Positions 27,383-36,644 of a stretch of 64,000 nt of DNA are shown piece after piece. Position numbers and translations under genes: made by a program. The notes beneath the pieces are model-generated. The model did no database searches. It had not been told where the DNA came from and saw only the letters and a list, made by a program, of their open reading frames with translations. This DNA comes from Bacteroidales bacterium (lineage in GTDB: Bacteria; Bacteroidota; Bacteroidia; Bacteroidales; DTU049): positions 8,867 through 72,866 of the forward strand of contig JAAYOU010000029.1 of NCBI GenBank assembly GCA_012520175.1, written 5' to 3'. Each line of letters opens with the position of its first letter. The first letter of the stretch is position 1.

Positions 27383-28960
27383 ATGCAAAGACCACAACAA
27401 CCTTTAATTTATTCCATATTAATTGCCTCCAGTTTTGTTTTAGGTTTTTATTTTTCTAAATATTCTCCTAAAAACAACATAAAATCTTCTAACAACAAAA
27501 TAGACGAAGTAATTCAGTATGCTTACGACAATTACGTTGACAGCATAAGCAAAGAAAAACTCACTGAAGATGCTATTGCAGGAATGCTAGAAAGGCTAGA
27601 CCCACATTCTGTATATATTCCAAAAACAGAGGCAGAAGCCATCAACAACCAATTAAGTGGCTCATTCGAAGGCATTGGCATTCAATTCAGAATTGAAAGC
27701 GACACTATTATTGTAATAGACCCTATTGCAAACGGACCGAGTGCAAAAAAAGGAATTATGCCCGGAGACCGCATTGTGAAAGTAGATGGCAAAAATGTTG
27801 CCGGTATAGGAATAAAAAACGAAGATGTAATGAAGTTGCTTAAAGGAAAAAAAGGAACAAAAGTAACTCTAAGCATTCTCAGAAGAGGCGTTGTTGGACT
27901 TAAAGATTTCGTAATCATTAGAGATGTTATTCCGCTAAACAGCTTAGATGCTTCTTTTATGATTGACAAAAACACCGGATATATAAAATTAAACGCTTTT
28001 ACCTCCACTACATACGATGAGTTTTCTGCTGCCATGAATGATTTGCTAAACGTAGGAATGAACAATTTAATTTTAGACCTACGTGATAATGGCGGTGGAT
28101 ATTTAGACCACGCTGTTAATATTTGCGATGATTTCTTAAAAAAAGGAAATGTAATCGTTTACACAAAAGGCAATAATAGAAAAGAAAGATTTTACAGGTC
28201 ACATAGTCATGGCAAATTTGAATATGGTAAAGTTGCTGTGCTAATTGATGAATTTTCCGCTTCTGCAAGCGAAATTGTTGCTGGAGCAATACAAGACAAT
28301 GACAGAGGGTTAATTATCGGGAGACGCTCTTTTGGAAAAGGTCTTGTTCAGGAGCAAAAAGATTTAAGAGACGGCTCTGCATTCAGGCTTACTGTTGCAC
28401 GTTATTACACGCCAAGCGGACGTTGCATACAGCGACCATACCAAAAAGGTTATGAAGAATATTATTTAGATTTTTACAAATCTCTTATGCTGAACGACTC
28501 TACAGCAAAAGAACACAACCTGAAAAAGAACGACTCGCTTGTTTATTACACCACCAAAGGTCGTCCTGTTTATGGCGGCGGAGGAATTATTCCAGACTCG
28601 CTTGTATTGCACGATTTCACTATGTCCATTGGTTTTCAAAATACATTTTTTTCTTCAGGAAAATTATTGGAAGAGGTTTTTCATTTTGCAGATGTAAATC
28701 GAACAGAAATAAAAACTAAATACCAAAACACTTCTGTTTTTGTAAACTCTTTCACAGTGCCAGAATCATTGGTTAATTCAATTTTTTCAAGTTCGGGAAT
28801 AAATATTGCTAACGTAAATCCTCAGGATAAAAAAATTGGCACAATGTTTATAAAAGCATTTTTAGCAAGAGAACTTTATGGCTTAAATGCTTATTTCAAA
28901 ACAATTACACCGCACGACAATATGGTGAAAGTGGCTTTGGGGTATTTTTATGAAAAATAA
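27383..28960 (+). CDS. S41 family C-terminal processing peptidase with a PDZ domain
   Basis: The track ORF starts at TTG 27380; I prefer ATG 27383. A PDZ segment (GIMPGDRIVKVDG) is present, with catalytic contexts SASASEIVAGAIQD and SFGKGLVQ. Confidence 0.9.
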   Translation: MQRPQQPLIYSILIASSFVLGFYFSKYSPKNNIKSSNNKIDEVIQYAYDNYVDSISKEKLTEDAIAGMLERLDPHSVYIPKTEAEAINNQLSGSFEGIGIQFRIESDTIIVIDPIANGPSAKKGIMPGDRIVKVDGKNVAGIGIKNEDVMKLLKGKKGTKVTLSILRRGVVGLKDFVIIRDVIPLNSLDASFMIDKNTGYIKLNAFTSTTYDEFSAAMNDLLNVGMNNLILDLRDNGGGYLDHAVNICDDFLKKGNVIVYTKGNNRKERFYRSHSHGKFEYGKVAVLIDEFSASASEIVAGAIQDNDRGLIIGRRSFGKGLVQEQKDLRDGSAFRLTVARYYTPSGRCIQRPYQKGYEEYYLDFYKSLMLNDSTAKEHNLKKNDSLVYYTTKGRPVYGGGGIIPDSLVLHDFTMSIGFQNTFFSSGKLLEEVFHFADVNRTEIKTKYQNTSVFVNSFTVPESLVNSIFSSSGINIANVNPQDKKIGTMFIKAFLARELYGLNAYFKTITPHDNMVKVALGYFYEK

Positions 28961-28974
28961 GAGAGTTTGTAGTG

Positions 28975-29047
28975 CTTAGTGTTGAGTGCTTAGTTTTTAG
29001 TTGGGGCGGCGGGCGCCCGTAATCGCTTGATTATCAGCGACTTATGC
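28975..29047. repeat. intergenic repeat of about 71 nt (GC-rich island plus dyad core), copy 1
   Basis: tagtgttgagtgcttagtttttagttggggcggcgggcgcccgtaatcgcttgattatcagcgacttatgc differs at only 6 of 71 positions from 32604-32674. A further core copy (tgattgattatcaatg) lies at about 29083-29100. Confidence 0.75.
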
Positions 29048-29206
29048 AATACATGACTAGAAAGCTGTCGCCACCACACAACTGATTGATTATCAATGTT
29101 TTATAAAAGTGTTAGTTCATATGCTAAAAATTGTAGCATTTATAAAACTAATTCACATACCATATTCTACAACATTGACAATAAATTGTAATTAACTTCG
29201 TTTTTC

Positions 29207-29236
29207 AGGGAGTTGTTTTTTTCTAACTCCCTTTTT
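29207..29236 (+). terminator. stem-loop plus T-run after the S41 peptidase and repeat region
   Basis: agggagtt (29207-29214) pairs with aactccct (29225-29232) around a 10-nt loop, followed by tttt. Confidence 0.45.
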
Positions 29237-29247
29237 AAAATAAATAT

Positions 29248-30150
29248 ATGAGATTATTTTGCTTTAGCTGTCTGTTATTTTTATTATTTGCTTGCACCAA
29301 AGAAATAAATATTGAATTGCCTAAGCAAGAGCCAAAAATAGTAGTTAATTCTTTATTTACTAATAAAGAGCCTTTTCAAGTTTATCTTACTAAAACAAGA
29401 ACTCCTTTTGAAACTAAAGAGTTTTTTATTGATAATGCTAAAGTCATTATTTATTCTGGAAATATAGCTGATACTCTTCAATATACGGGTGATGGAATTT
29501 ACACGTCAAGTGTTTTAGGGTTGGCAAATTCTGAATATAGAATAGAAGTAATATCTGATGGTTTTGATAAGGTTACATCTAAAGATTATATTCCTAAGCA
29601 AATAGAGCAACCTATGATAAGTGGTTTTAGAGATAGTGTTGGGGTGGATGAAGAAGGGTATTATTATTCGCAGTTTACTATTGCTTTTAAAGATGATGCA
29701 AGCGAAAGAAACTTCTATGAAATTTCCATTAAAGATTTAGTTTTTGGTGATGAAACATGGGTTAAGCCTTGTTTTTCAAATGACCCCATTATTGTTGCAG
29801 AGGGTTTAAACGATTATTATCCAAAGACAATAGTGTTTTCAGATGCTTTTTTTAATGGAAAAGAAAAGGAGTTAGCAATAAATTATTATCCTGTAGCCTA
29901 TGGCAAACCAAGTGGAGGAAGTGGCGAATTAGTTGATGCTAACTATAAAGTAATTGTTCGTTTTAAAAATATTTCGGAGAATTATTATAAATACAAGAAG
30001 AAGTTAGAAGTTCATTTATCCGGACAAGATTTTGATTTTTGGGAAGGTTCAGGAGATCCTGTGCAAATGTTTTCAAACATTACAGATGGTTATGGCATAT
30101 TTGCAGGCTATACCGAAATAGTAGATACGATACAAAAGTTAAAAAAATAA
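29248..30150 (+). CDS. DUF4249-like lipoprotein (partner of the downstream TonB-dependent receptor)
   Basis: 300 aa with a lipobox (LLFACTK). The early PKIVVNSLFT segment and the position directly upstream of a CarboxypepD_reg-type TonB receptor fit the pairing I recall for DUF4249. Confidence 0.5.
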   Translation: MRLFCFSCLLFLLFACTKEINIELPKQEPKIVVNSLFTNKEPFQVYLTKTRTPFETKEFFIDNAKVIIYSGNIADTLQYTGDGIYTSSVLGLANSEYRIEVISDGFDKVTSKDYIPKQIEQPMISGFRDSVGVDEEGYYYSQFTIAFKDDASERNFYEISIKDLVFGDETWVKPCFSNDPIIVAEGLNDYYPKTIVFSDAFFNGKEKELAINYYPVAYGKPSGGSGELVDANYKVIVRFKNISENYYKYKKKLEVHLSGQDFDFWEGSGDPVQMFSNITDGYGIFAGYTEIVDTIQKLKK

Positions 30151-30267
30151 TCATGAACAAAAAAATCATTTTATTATTCTTTGCCGTTTTGCCAATATTG
30201 CCTATAGGGCAAGAAGCTAAGCGAAATAGATTTATTGAAATTGTTTCATGCTAATTATAATTTTTTT

Positions 30268-32607
30268 ATGAAAAGGCTGTTTTTCTTTTTCTTTATAATT
30301 TATCAAAGTTGTTTGTTTGCTCAAAATATTACTGTTAGCGGTTATATAGAAGATGAACAAACAGGAGAGCGACTAATAGGAGCAAGTGTTTTCGATGCTT
30401 CGTCTAAAACAGGTACAACATCAAATAGCTATGGTTTTTTTAGCATTTCTTTTGCCAAAGGCAGCGTTGTTAACTTACGCTTTTCTTATGTTGGCTATGA
30501 ATCAATAGAAAAAACTTTGATTGTAACAGAAAACAAGCAGCTAAGTATCAAACTTAAGCCTAATTTAATGCTTAATGAAGTTGTGGTTGTTGCTAGCCAA
30601 GATAAGCCTATAGAGCAGAAATTAGAAATGGGCGTTGTTTCCATTCCGATTAAACAAGTTAAGCTACTTCCTGCGTTGGGTGGCGAAAGTGATGTTCTAA
30701 AAGCCATACAATTAATGCCCGGTGTGCAATCGGGAAATGAAGGCACTAGCGGGCTGTATGTTAGAGGTGGTAGCCCTGACCAGAATTTAATGGTGCTAGA
30801 CGATGTGCCTTTGTATTATGTGAATCACTTAGGTAGCTTGGTTTCAATTTTTAATTCTGATGCAATAAGTAACATAAGTCTTATCAAAGGAGGCTTCCCA
30901 GCACGATATGGCAATCGCTTATCTTCTGTTATGGACATAAGAATGAAAGATGGCAATTTAAAAGAATTTAAAGGCAACGCTATGATTGGCATGGTGGCAT
31001 CAAAAATATCTGTTGAAGGTCCAATTAAAAAAGATACTAGTTCTTACATTGTTTCGTTTCGTAGGTTTATGTATGATTTAATCACAAGACCTTTATCTAA
31101 GATTGTTTTTAAAAATGTATCTGCGGGCTACACTTTTTATGATTTTAATGCAAAACTAAATTATAAGTTGTCTGATAAGGATAGGCTGTATTTTAGCGTC
31201 TATTCTGGAAAAGATAAAATGATTACTAAAATTAAAGATAAATCAGATAATAGTAAATACAAGAACATAGCTTCTTTGGGTTGGGGTAATAATTTAGTTG
31301 CTATTAGGTGGAATCACTTATTTAATACAAAGCTGTTTTGCAACAATACGATTTCTTACTCACAATACAAATACAAAACTGGACTTGAAAATATAGAAAA
31401 TATAGGGCAATATGAAGAATCTATATTTAATGGGTTTACTTCCGGAATAAACGATTTATCAATAAAATTTGATTTTGAATACTATCTTTCAAAAAGATAC
31501 AAATTAATTTTTGGTGTCAACAGCATTTATCATACTTTTATTCCTAATAAAGAAAAGTATAGACATAGCATAAATGACTCGTCTATTACAGATACTTTAT
31601 TTGGCAATTATTCATTAAAAGCTCTCGATAATGCTTTTTACGTGGAAAATCTTTTTCAAATTGGGAAAAGTCTTTCTGTAAATGCAGGTGGTCGTCTTTC
31701 TCATTATTACGTAGAAGACACGAACTTTGTTAATTTGGAGCCGCGGATTTTGGTGAATTACCTTGTTGGTGAGAAAAATTCGATAAAAGCATCGTATTCT
31801 CAAATGTTTCAGAACATTCATTTGCTAACAAGTTCTGGAACAGGTGTGCAAACTGATTTATGGCTACCAGCGACAAAAAAAGTAATACCTCAAAAATCTT
31901 CGCAATATTCATTGGGAGCAGCTTCAACTCGAAATATCAATAATCAGACTTACGAAATATCAATAGAGTTTTTTTTCAAGAAACTTCAAAATTTAATTGC
32001 ATATAAAACGGGTGCTAGTATTTATGGTTCTTCTTTTGATTGGCAAGATAAAATAGAAAAAAACGGCAAAGGTGTTTCAAAAGGAATTGAGCTGCTAATT
32101 AATAAGAAAACAGGCAAGACTACAGGCTGGATAGGCTATACATATTCAAAAACAACTCATAAATTTGAAAATATTAATGAAGGTGCTGAATATCTTTTTA
32201 AATATGACAGACCTCATGATATAAGTATTGTTATAATACATAAATTGAATAAAAATATTAATTTTTCATTAACGTGGGTTTATGGGACAGGAAATCCAAT
32301 TACTTTGCCAGTTGGCTCATATTCTATAATGACCGAAATGGGTTTAGGGCAAATATATATTTATGAAGGTATAAATACATTTAGGATGAGGGATTATCAT
32401 AAATTGGATATTGGTTTTAATTTTAGTAAAGAAAAAAAATGGGGCACAAGAACTTGGAATGTGAGTGTTTACAATTTATATAATCGCAAAAATCCTTATT
32501 TTTATTATTTTGAAAGCAAATATTATTATGTTGGCAGCGAAACTGTATTAAAGCAATTAAGCTTGTTTCCAATAATGCCTTCTGTAAGTTATAGTATTAG
32601 TTTTTAG
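30268..32607 (+). CDS. TonB-dependent outer-membrane receptor with an N-terminal carboxypeptidase-regulatory-like domain
   Basis: I prefer ATG 30268 (MKRLFFFFFIIYQSCLFAQ signal peptide) to the track start at 30235. NITVSGYIEDEQTGERLIGASVF marks the CarboxypepD_reg domain. A plug region (ALGGESDVLKAIQLMPGVQSG...GLYVRGGSPDQNL) and a C-terminal aromatic residue (...YSISF) follow. Confidence 0.85.
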   Translation: MKRLFFFFFIIYQSCLFAQNITVSGYIEDEQTGERLIGASVFDASSKTGTTSNSYGFFSISFAKGSVVNLRFSYVGYESIEKTLIVTENKQLSIKLKPNLMLNEVVVVASQDKPIEQKLEMGVVSIPIKQVKLLPALGGESDVLKAIQLMPGVQSGNEGTSGLYVRGGSPDQNLMVLDDVPLYYVNHLGSLVSIFNSDAISNISLIKGGFPARYGNRLSSVMDIRMKDGNLKEFKGNAMIGMVASKISVEGPIKKDTSSYIVSFRRFMYDLITRPLSKIVFKNVSAGYTFYDFNAKLNYKLSDKDRLYFSVYSGKDKMITKIKDKSDNSKYKNIASLGWGNNLVAIRWNHLFNTKLFCNNTISYSQYKYKTGLENIENIGQYEESIFNGFTSGINDLSIKFDFEYYLSKRYKLIFGVNSIYHTFIPNKEKYRHSINDSSITDTLFGNYSLKALDNAFYVENLFQIGKSLSVNAGGRLSHYYVEDTNFVNLEPRILVNYLVGEKNSIKASYSQMFQNIHLLTSSGTGVQTDLWLPATKKVIPQKSSQYSLGAASTRNINNQTYEISIEFFFKKLQNLIAYKTGASIYGSSFDWQDKIEKNGKGVSKGIELLINKKTGKTTGWIGYTYSKTTHKFENINEGAEYLFKYDRPHDISIVIIHKLNKNINFSLTWVYGTGNPITLPVGSYSIMTEMGLGQIYIYEGINTFRMRDYHKLDIGFNFSKEKKWGTRTWNVSVYNLYNRKNPYFYYFESKYYYVGSETVLKQLSLFPIMPSVSYSISF

Positions 32608-32795
32608 TGTTGAGTGTTTAGTTTTTAGTTGGTGCGGCGGGCGCTCATAATCGCTTGATTATCAACGACTTACGCCGCCGCACCCAAAACAACTAAACTA
32701 AACGGTCGCCACTCTGTAACTACTTGTGTATTAGTAATTTATATAAGGCGAACGCTACTCGCTAATTCGCTGAGTATCAACACTTTACGCGAACA
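32603..32795. repeat. copy 2 of the ~71-nt repeat inside a long imperfect palindrome, followed by two more core units
   Basis: Copy 2 spans 32604-32674. Arm 32616-32640 (gtttagtttttagttggtgcggcgg) pairs with arm 32675-32703 (ccgccgcacccaaaacaactaaactaaac), including a perfect GC-rich 10-bp stem ggtgcggcgg/ccgccgcacc. Extra cores lie at about 32721-32744 and 32768-32789. Confidence 0.75.
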
Positions 32796-32828
32796 ACAAA
32801 AAGCAACAACACGTTACACACAAAAAAA

Positions 32829-33032
32829 TTATTTTTTTACTGTGGTATCTACAGCAGCAGAATCGTTGCTTAGGAAAGCATTTGCAGCATCAACACTGGA
32901 GCTAATGGAAGTGTCTTGTTTAATACTATCTTGGAATTTATCCATTTCTTCTTGCTCGCTTTTATTTGCACTTCCGCAAGAACATAAAACAGCCATTGAT
33001 AAGGCTGCGAATAAAAACATTATTTTTTTCAT
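32829..33032 (-). CDS. small lipoprotein (67 aa)
   Basis: MKKIMFLFAALSMAVLCSCGS has a signal peptide and lipobox, followed by a low-complexity acidic/Ser-rich tail. Confidence 0.45.
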   Translation of the reverse strand: MKKIMFLFAALSMAVLCSCGSANKSEQEEMDKFQDSIKQDTSISSSVDAANAFLSNDSAAVDTTVKK

Positions 33033-33061
33033 TTTTTGGCTTTTTTATTTGAACTTTCTTT

Positions 33062-33850
33062 TTATTTCTTATAGTCTTTCAAAGCTTCTTTAGCTTTAAT
33101 TCTATTTTCTTCATCGTCAAAGAATCCTTTTGGATATTTCATTTTTAACGATTCTAATTTTTTTACAACTGCTGTTGCAATAATATTATTTCTATACCAC
33201 TTGTCATCAGCAGGAACAATCGTCCAAGGAATTTTTGAGCTACATTTTTTGAAGATTTTTTCGTAAACAGCCATATATTTATCCCAACTTCTAGACTCTT
33301 CAATATCAGCAGGATTATATTTCCAATATTTTTCCGGTCTTACCAATCTGCTTTGAAATCTTCTCACTTGCTCATCTCTAGACATGTGCAAATAAAATTT
33401 CATAACATGAGTATTATTATCTATCAGCATTGCCTCAAACGAATTAATATAATCGTATCTGCGTGCGATAATATCAGACTTAAATGTTTTATGCACTTCA
33501 GGCACAAGCACATCTTCGTAATGAGAGCGATTAAAAATATGTATCATTCCTTTTGGCGGAGTGTGTTTGTGCACTCTGCGTAAAAAATCATACGAATATT
33601 CTTCGATTGTAGGCTTTTTAAAGGATTTTACATAAATACTCATTGGATTTAGGTCTCCAAAGACGTGCCTAACAGTGCTGTCTTTTCCAGAAGCATCCAT
33701 TCCTTGCAAGACAATAAGGAGGCTGTTTTTGTTTTCGGCATATAAAACATCTTGCAGCTTCTTCATTTTTTCTATAAGCGCTGCTGTTTCTTTTTTCGTT
33801 GATTCTTCATCAACACTTTTCGGAGCTTTTGTTGAAATTGATTCGAGCAT
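33062..33850 (-). CDS. ppk2: polyphosphate kinase 2 family protein
   Basis: 262 aa. The P-loop context LLIVLQGMDASGKDSTVRHVF and overall length fit single-domain PPK2. Confidence 0.85.
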   Translation of the reverse strand: MLESISTKAPKSVDEESTKKETAALIEKMKKLQDVLYAENKNSLLIVLQGMDASGKDSTVRHVFGDLNPMSIYVKSFKKPTIEEYSYDFLRRVHKHTPPKGMIHIFNRSHYEDVLVPEVHKTFKSDIIARRYDYINSFEAMLIDNNTHVMKFYLHMSRDEQVRRFQSRLVRPEKYWKYNPADIEESRSWDKYMAVYEKIFKKCSSKIPWTIVPADDKWYRNNIIATAVVKKLESLKMKYPKGFFDDEENRIKAKEALKDYKK

Positions 33851-33862
33851 ATTATTGTTGTT

Positions 33863-34813
33863 TTAAATTTTAATTTCACTAGTTGTTTTTTCTTTCCCGA
33901 AATAAAGTGCTGCATTTATTTCGAAGCCGATTAGCATTATCATTGAAACAATAAAAATGTAGAGCATTAAAATAAACAAAGCAGAAATTCCTCCATATAT
34001 TTCTTTATATCTTGTAAATTCATTTATAAAAAAATCAAATCCCACAGATGCGATAACTATTAATAAAGCCGCTAGTGCTGTGCCCGGACTAAACAAATAA
34101 AAGCGATGTTTTTTTGCCGGCGCCACAAAATATATAGCTGTTAAAATAACAGAGACAAACAAAAAGAAAAACACATATTTTATAATAAAGACAATGCCTG
34201 TTGACCAAAACGAAGATAAAACATTATTTCCAATAAGCCAAGAAATAACTTTTTGGTTTAAAAAGAACACTGGAACTGAAACAATTACTACTAACAATAA
34301 AATACATACTAGCAAAAGGGCTACAGTAAATTGTTTTAGCAAAGGTCTGTTTTCCTTTACGTGATAAGAATTGTTAAAAATAGCAATGCAAGCACGCATA
34401 CTATTTACAGCAAAATAAAAAGCTACAATTGCTGTAACAGAAATCACGCTTCCGACAGCTCCAGAAGCCACTTCCGACACAGGGTCTGCGATTGATAAAA
34501 ATATTTGCTCTGGCAAAAATGTGCCTAAAATTTCCATCAACAAATATTTGCTTTCATCAGGCAGCAAAAGCGGAATAACTGTATTAACAAGAATTAATGC
34601 AGGAATTGCAGCCATCATAAGTTTAAAAGATAAAGCTGACGCTCTTATTGCTAATACAGAATTTCTAAATCCTTCAATTAATAAATTTAAAACCTCGTTT
34701 ACACTTTTTCCTCCACTACCGGGAAATTTATGTGTTTTCGCATAGAGTAGTAGCTTGTTGTAAACAATTCTTTTTTTTGCTTTTAACCGATTTAAAAATT
34801 TATTTTTAGTCAA
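33863..34813 (-). CDS. YihY/BrkB family inner-membrane protein
   Basis: 316 aa with six hydrophobic helices. The N-terminal RASALSFKLMMAAIPALI is typical of the YihY family. Confidence 0.65.
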   Translation of the reverse strand: MTKNKFLNRLKAKKRIVYNKLLLYAKTHKFPGSGGKSVNEVLNLLIEGFRNSVLAIRASALSFKLMMAAIPALILVNTVIPLLLPDESKYLLMEILGTFLPEQIFLSIADPVSEVASGAVGSVISVTAIVAFYFAVNSMRACIAIFNNSYHVKENRPLLKQFTVALLLVCILLLVVIVSVPVFFLNQKVISWLIGNNVLSSFWSTGIVFIIKYVFFFLFVSVILTAIYFVAPAKKHRFYLFSPGTALAALLIVIASVGFDFFINEFTRYKEIYGGISALFILMLYIFIVSMIMLIGFEINAALYFGKEKTTSEIKI

Positions 34814-35669
34814 TGGCTTTTAAACTTAAATCCAAACTTTTTATATGGTGAGTAAGTGCTCCTGACGAAATATAATCTACACCTGTTTCGGCAAATTCTC
34901 TCAAATTATCAATATTGATGCCTCCGCTAGCTTCTGTTTTCAATCGCCCATCTATAAAAGTAACAGCCTCTTTTAGTTTTTGAGGTGTAAAATTATCCAA
35001 TAGAACTCTATTTGCAATATTTGTGTCTAAAACTTCTTTTAACTCATCCATTGTCCGAACTTCTATTTCTATTTCTAAGTCAAGGCTTTTGTCTTTAAGA
35101 TATTGGGCAGCCTTTGTTAATGCAGCTTTTATTCCTCCGGCAAAATCCACATGATTGTCTTTTATAAGAATCATGTCATAAAGCCCAATTCTATGATTGC
35201 AGCCTCCACCAATTCTTACAGCCATTTTTTCCAACTCTCTAAGCAATGGAGTTGTTTTTCTGGTGTCTAATATTTTTGTATTTGTTCCTTCTAATATTTT
35301 CACCATTTTATTTGTTTGAGTAGCAATTCCACTCAATCTTTGCATAAAATTAAGCACTAGTCGCTCGCATGAAAGCAAGTTTATTACTGGACCTTCTACA
35401 ATAAAAGCAATATCTCCTTTGTTTACCCAATTTCCATCTTGCAAAATCACTTGCATTGATATGTCAGGGTTATAATGGTGGAAAATTTGCCTAGCAAGAC
35501 TAACTCCCGCTAAAGCGCCCTCCTCTTTTACAAACAAAGCCATTTTTCCTCTTTTATCTGCCGGAATTGTACTTAATGAGGTATGATCTCCATTTCCAAT
35601 ATCCTCTATTAAAGCATAATCAATAATTTGATTTATTGTTAGTCCACTATGCATATTATTGTATTTCAA
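34806..35669 (-). CDS. nadC: nicotinate-nucleotide diphosphorylase (quinolinate phosphoribosyltransferase)
   Basis: 287 aa with LDTRKTTP, RIGLYDMILIKDNH and SGGI motifs. Confidence 0.9.
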   Translation of the reverse strand: MKYNNMHSGLTINQIIDYALIEDIGNGDHTSLSTIPADKRGKMALFVKEEGALAGVSLARQIFHHYNPDISMQVILQDGNWVNKGDIAFIVEGPVINLLSCERLVLNFMQRLSGIATQTNKMVKILEGTNTKILDTRKTTPLLRELEKMAVRIGGGCNHRIGLYDMILIKDNHVDFAGGIKAALTKAAQYLKDKSLDLEIEIEVRTMDELKEVLDTNIANRVLLDNFTPQKLKEAVTFIDGRLKTEASGGINIDNLREFAETGVDYISSGALTHHIKSLDLSLKAID

Positions 35670-36069
35670 ATTTTAGAATGTGAAGAGTTATTTTATTTTC
35701 TATATTTTGCATAACATAATAAACCTTAAAAACAACATCTCCGGAGACATACGAACCCAAAACATAAAAGTTTGACCCAGAAGTTTTTCCTTCAGAATTT
35801 ATTGTAAATGATGATGGTGGGTATTTTTTGAAAAAATCTTGCATTATTACACCTGCCTGTGTTTTGCTAAAAACGTCTTTTTTCCCTGGCACGCTTAATT
35901 GGATTGTTTGTGCAAAATAAGATGCAAGTTTTGAAGCGTCTCCAGCCTTTATAGCATCTGCAATTACATCATTTACACTATAAAAAGACATTGTATCATG
36001 CTCTTCGTTTGTTGCAGCATGTCCATAAATAGTTCCTAAGCTTAGTAGTATGATAATAAAAATTTTCAT
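35656..36069 (-). CDS. secreted DUF4783-like protein
   Basis: I prefer the ATG at 36069 (MKIFIIILLSLGTIYGHA signal peptide). The small SnoaL-like protein pattern next to nadC matches my recollection for Bacteroidota. Confidence 0.4.
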   Translation of the reverse strand: MKIFIIILLSLGTIYGHAATNEEHDTMSFYSVNDVIADAIKAGDASKLASYFAQTIQLSVPGKKDVFSKTQAGVIMQDFFKKYPPSSFTINSEGKTSGSNFYVLGSYVSGDVVFKVYYVMQNIENKITLHILKFEIQ

Positions 36070-36146
36070 TATTTTGTATTTTGAACTTTTTAAATTCAAA
36101 TTTTGAGCCAAAGATACAATTTTTAAACAGTTATGAATTATTTTTT

Positions 36147-36617
36147 ATGAAAATTACATTAATTTCAGCAGGAAAAACACGTGTCCCGTTTATATCAGAA
36201 GGATTGAAATTCTACGGAACTAAAATAAATAATTATTTTCAGTGGGAAATTATTGAAACGCAAGATTTGAAAGGTATTTCCGACATTAAAAGAATGACCG
36301 AAAGCGAAGGCGAAAAAATTATTAAACATATTCAAGAAAAAGACACAGTAATACTTCTAGACGAAAAAGGCAATCTTTACAACAGTATTGAATTTTCGGA
36401 AAATCTTGAGAAGATTATTCAAAACAGTTCGGTAAAAAAAATTGTATTTGTAATAGCTGGAGCTTATGGAGCTAGCGAGCAATTAAAGAAACGTGCAAAC
36501 TATATTTGGTCTCTTTCGCCACTAACTTTTCCTCATCAACTTGTACGACTTATACTAGTAGAGCAAATTTATAGAGCATTAACTATAATGAAAAAAGAGC
36601 CGTACCATCATATTTAA
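36147..36617 (+). CDS. rlmH: 23S rRNA (pseudouridine1915-N3)-methyltransferase
   Basis: I prefer ATG 36147 (MKITLISAGKT...). The product is 156 aa, with SPOUT C-terminal motifs VIAGAYGASE and LSPLTFPHQL. Confidence 0.9.
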   Translation: MKITLISAGKTRVPFISEGLKFYGTKINNYFQWEIIETQDLKGISDIKRMTESEGEKIIKHIQEKDTVILLDEKGNLYNSIEFSENLEKIIQNSSVKKIVFVIAGAYGASEQLKKRANYIWSLSPLTFPHQLVRLILVEQIYRALTIMKKEPYHHI

Positions 36618-36644
36618 AAACTCGTGTTTTCACTGCACTGTGCT

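Noticed and set aside
30039-30254. 71-aa ORF, with an internal 33-aa ORF (ATG 30153, MNKKIILLFFAVLPILPIGQ...), between the DUF4249-like gene and the TonB receptor
   Set aside because: The first part overlaps the DUF4249-like gene out of frame. The short signal-peptide-like ORF ends after 33 codons and has no further support. It may be a relic of an older receptor start, but I cannot show that.
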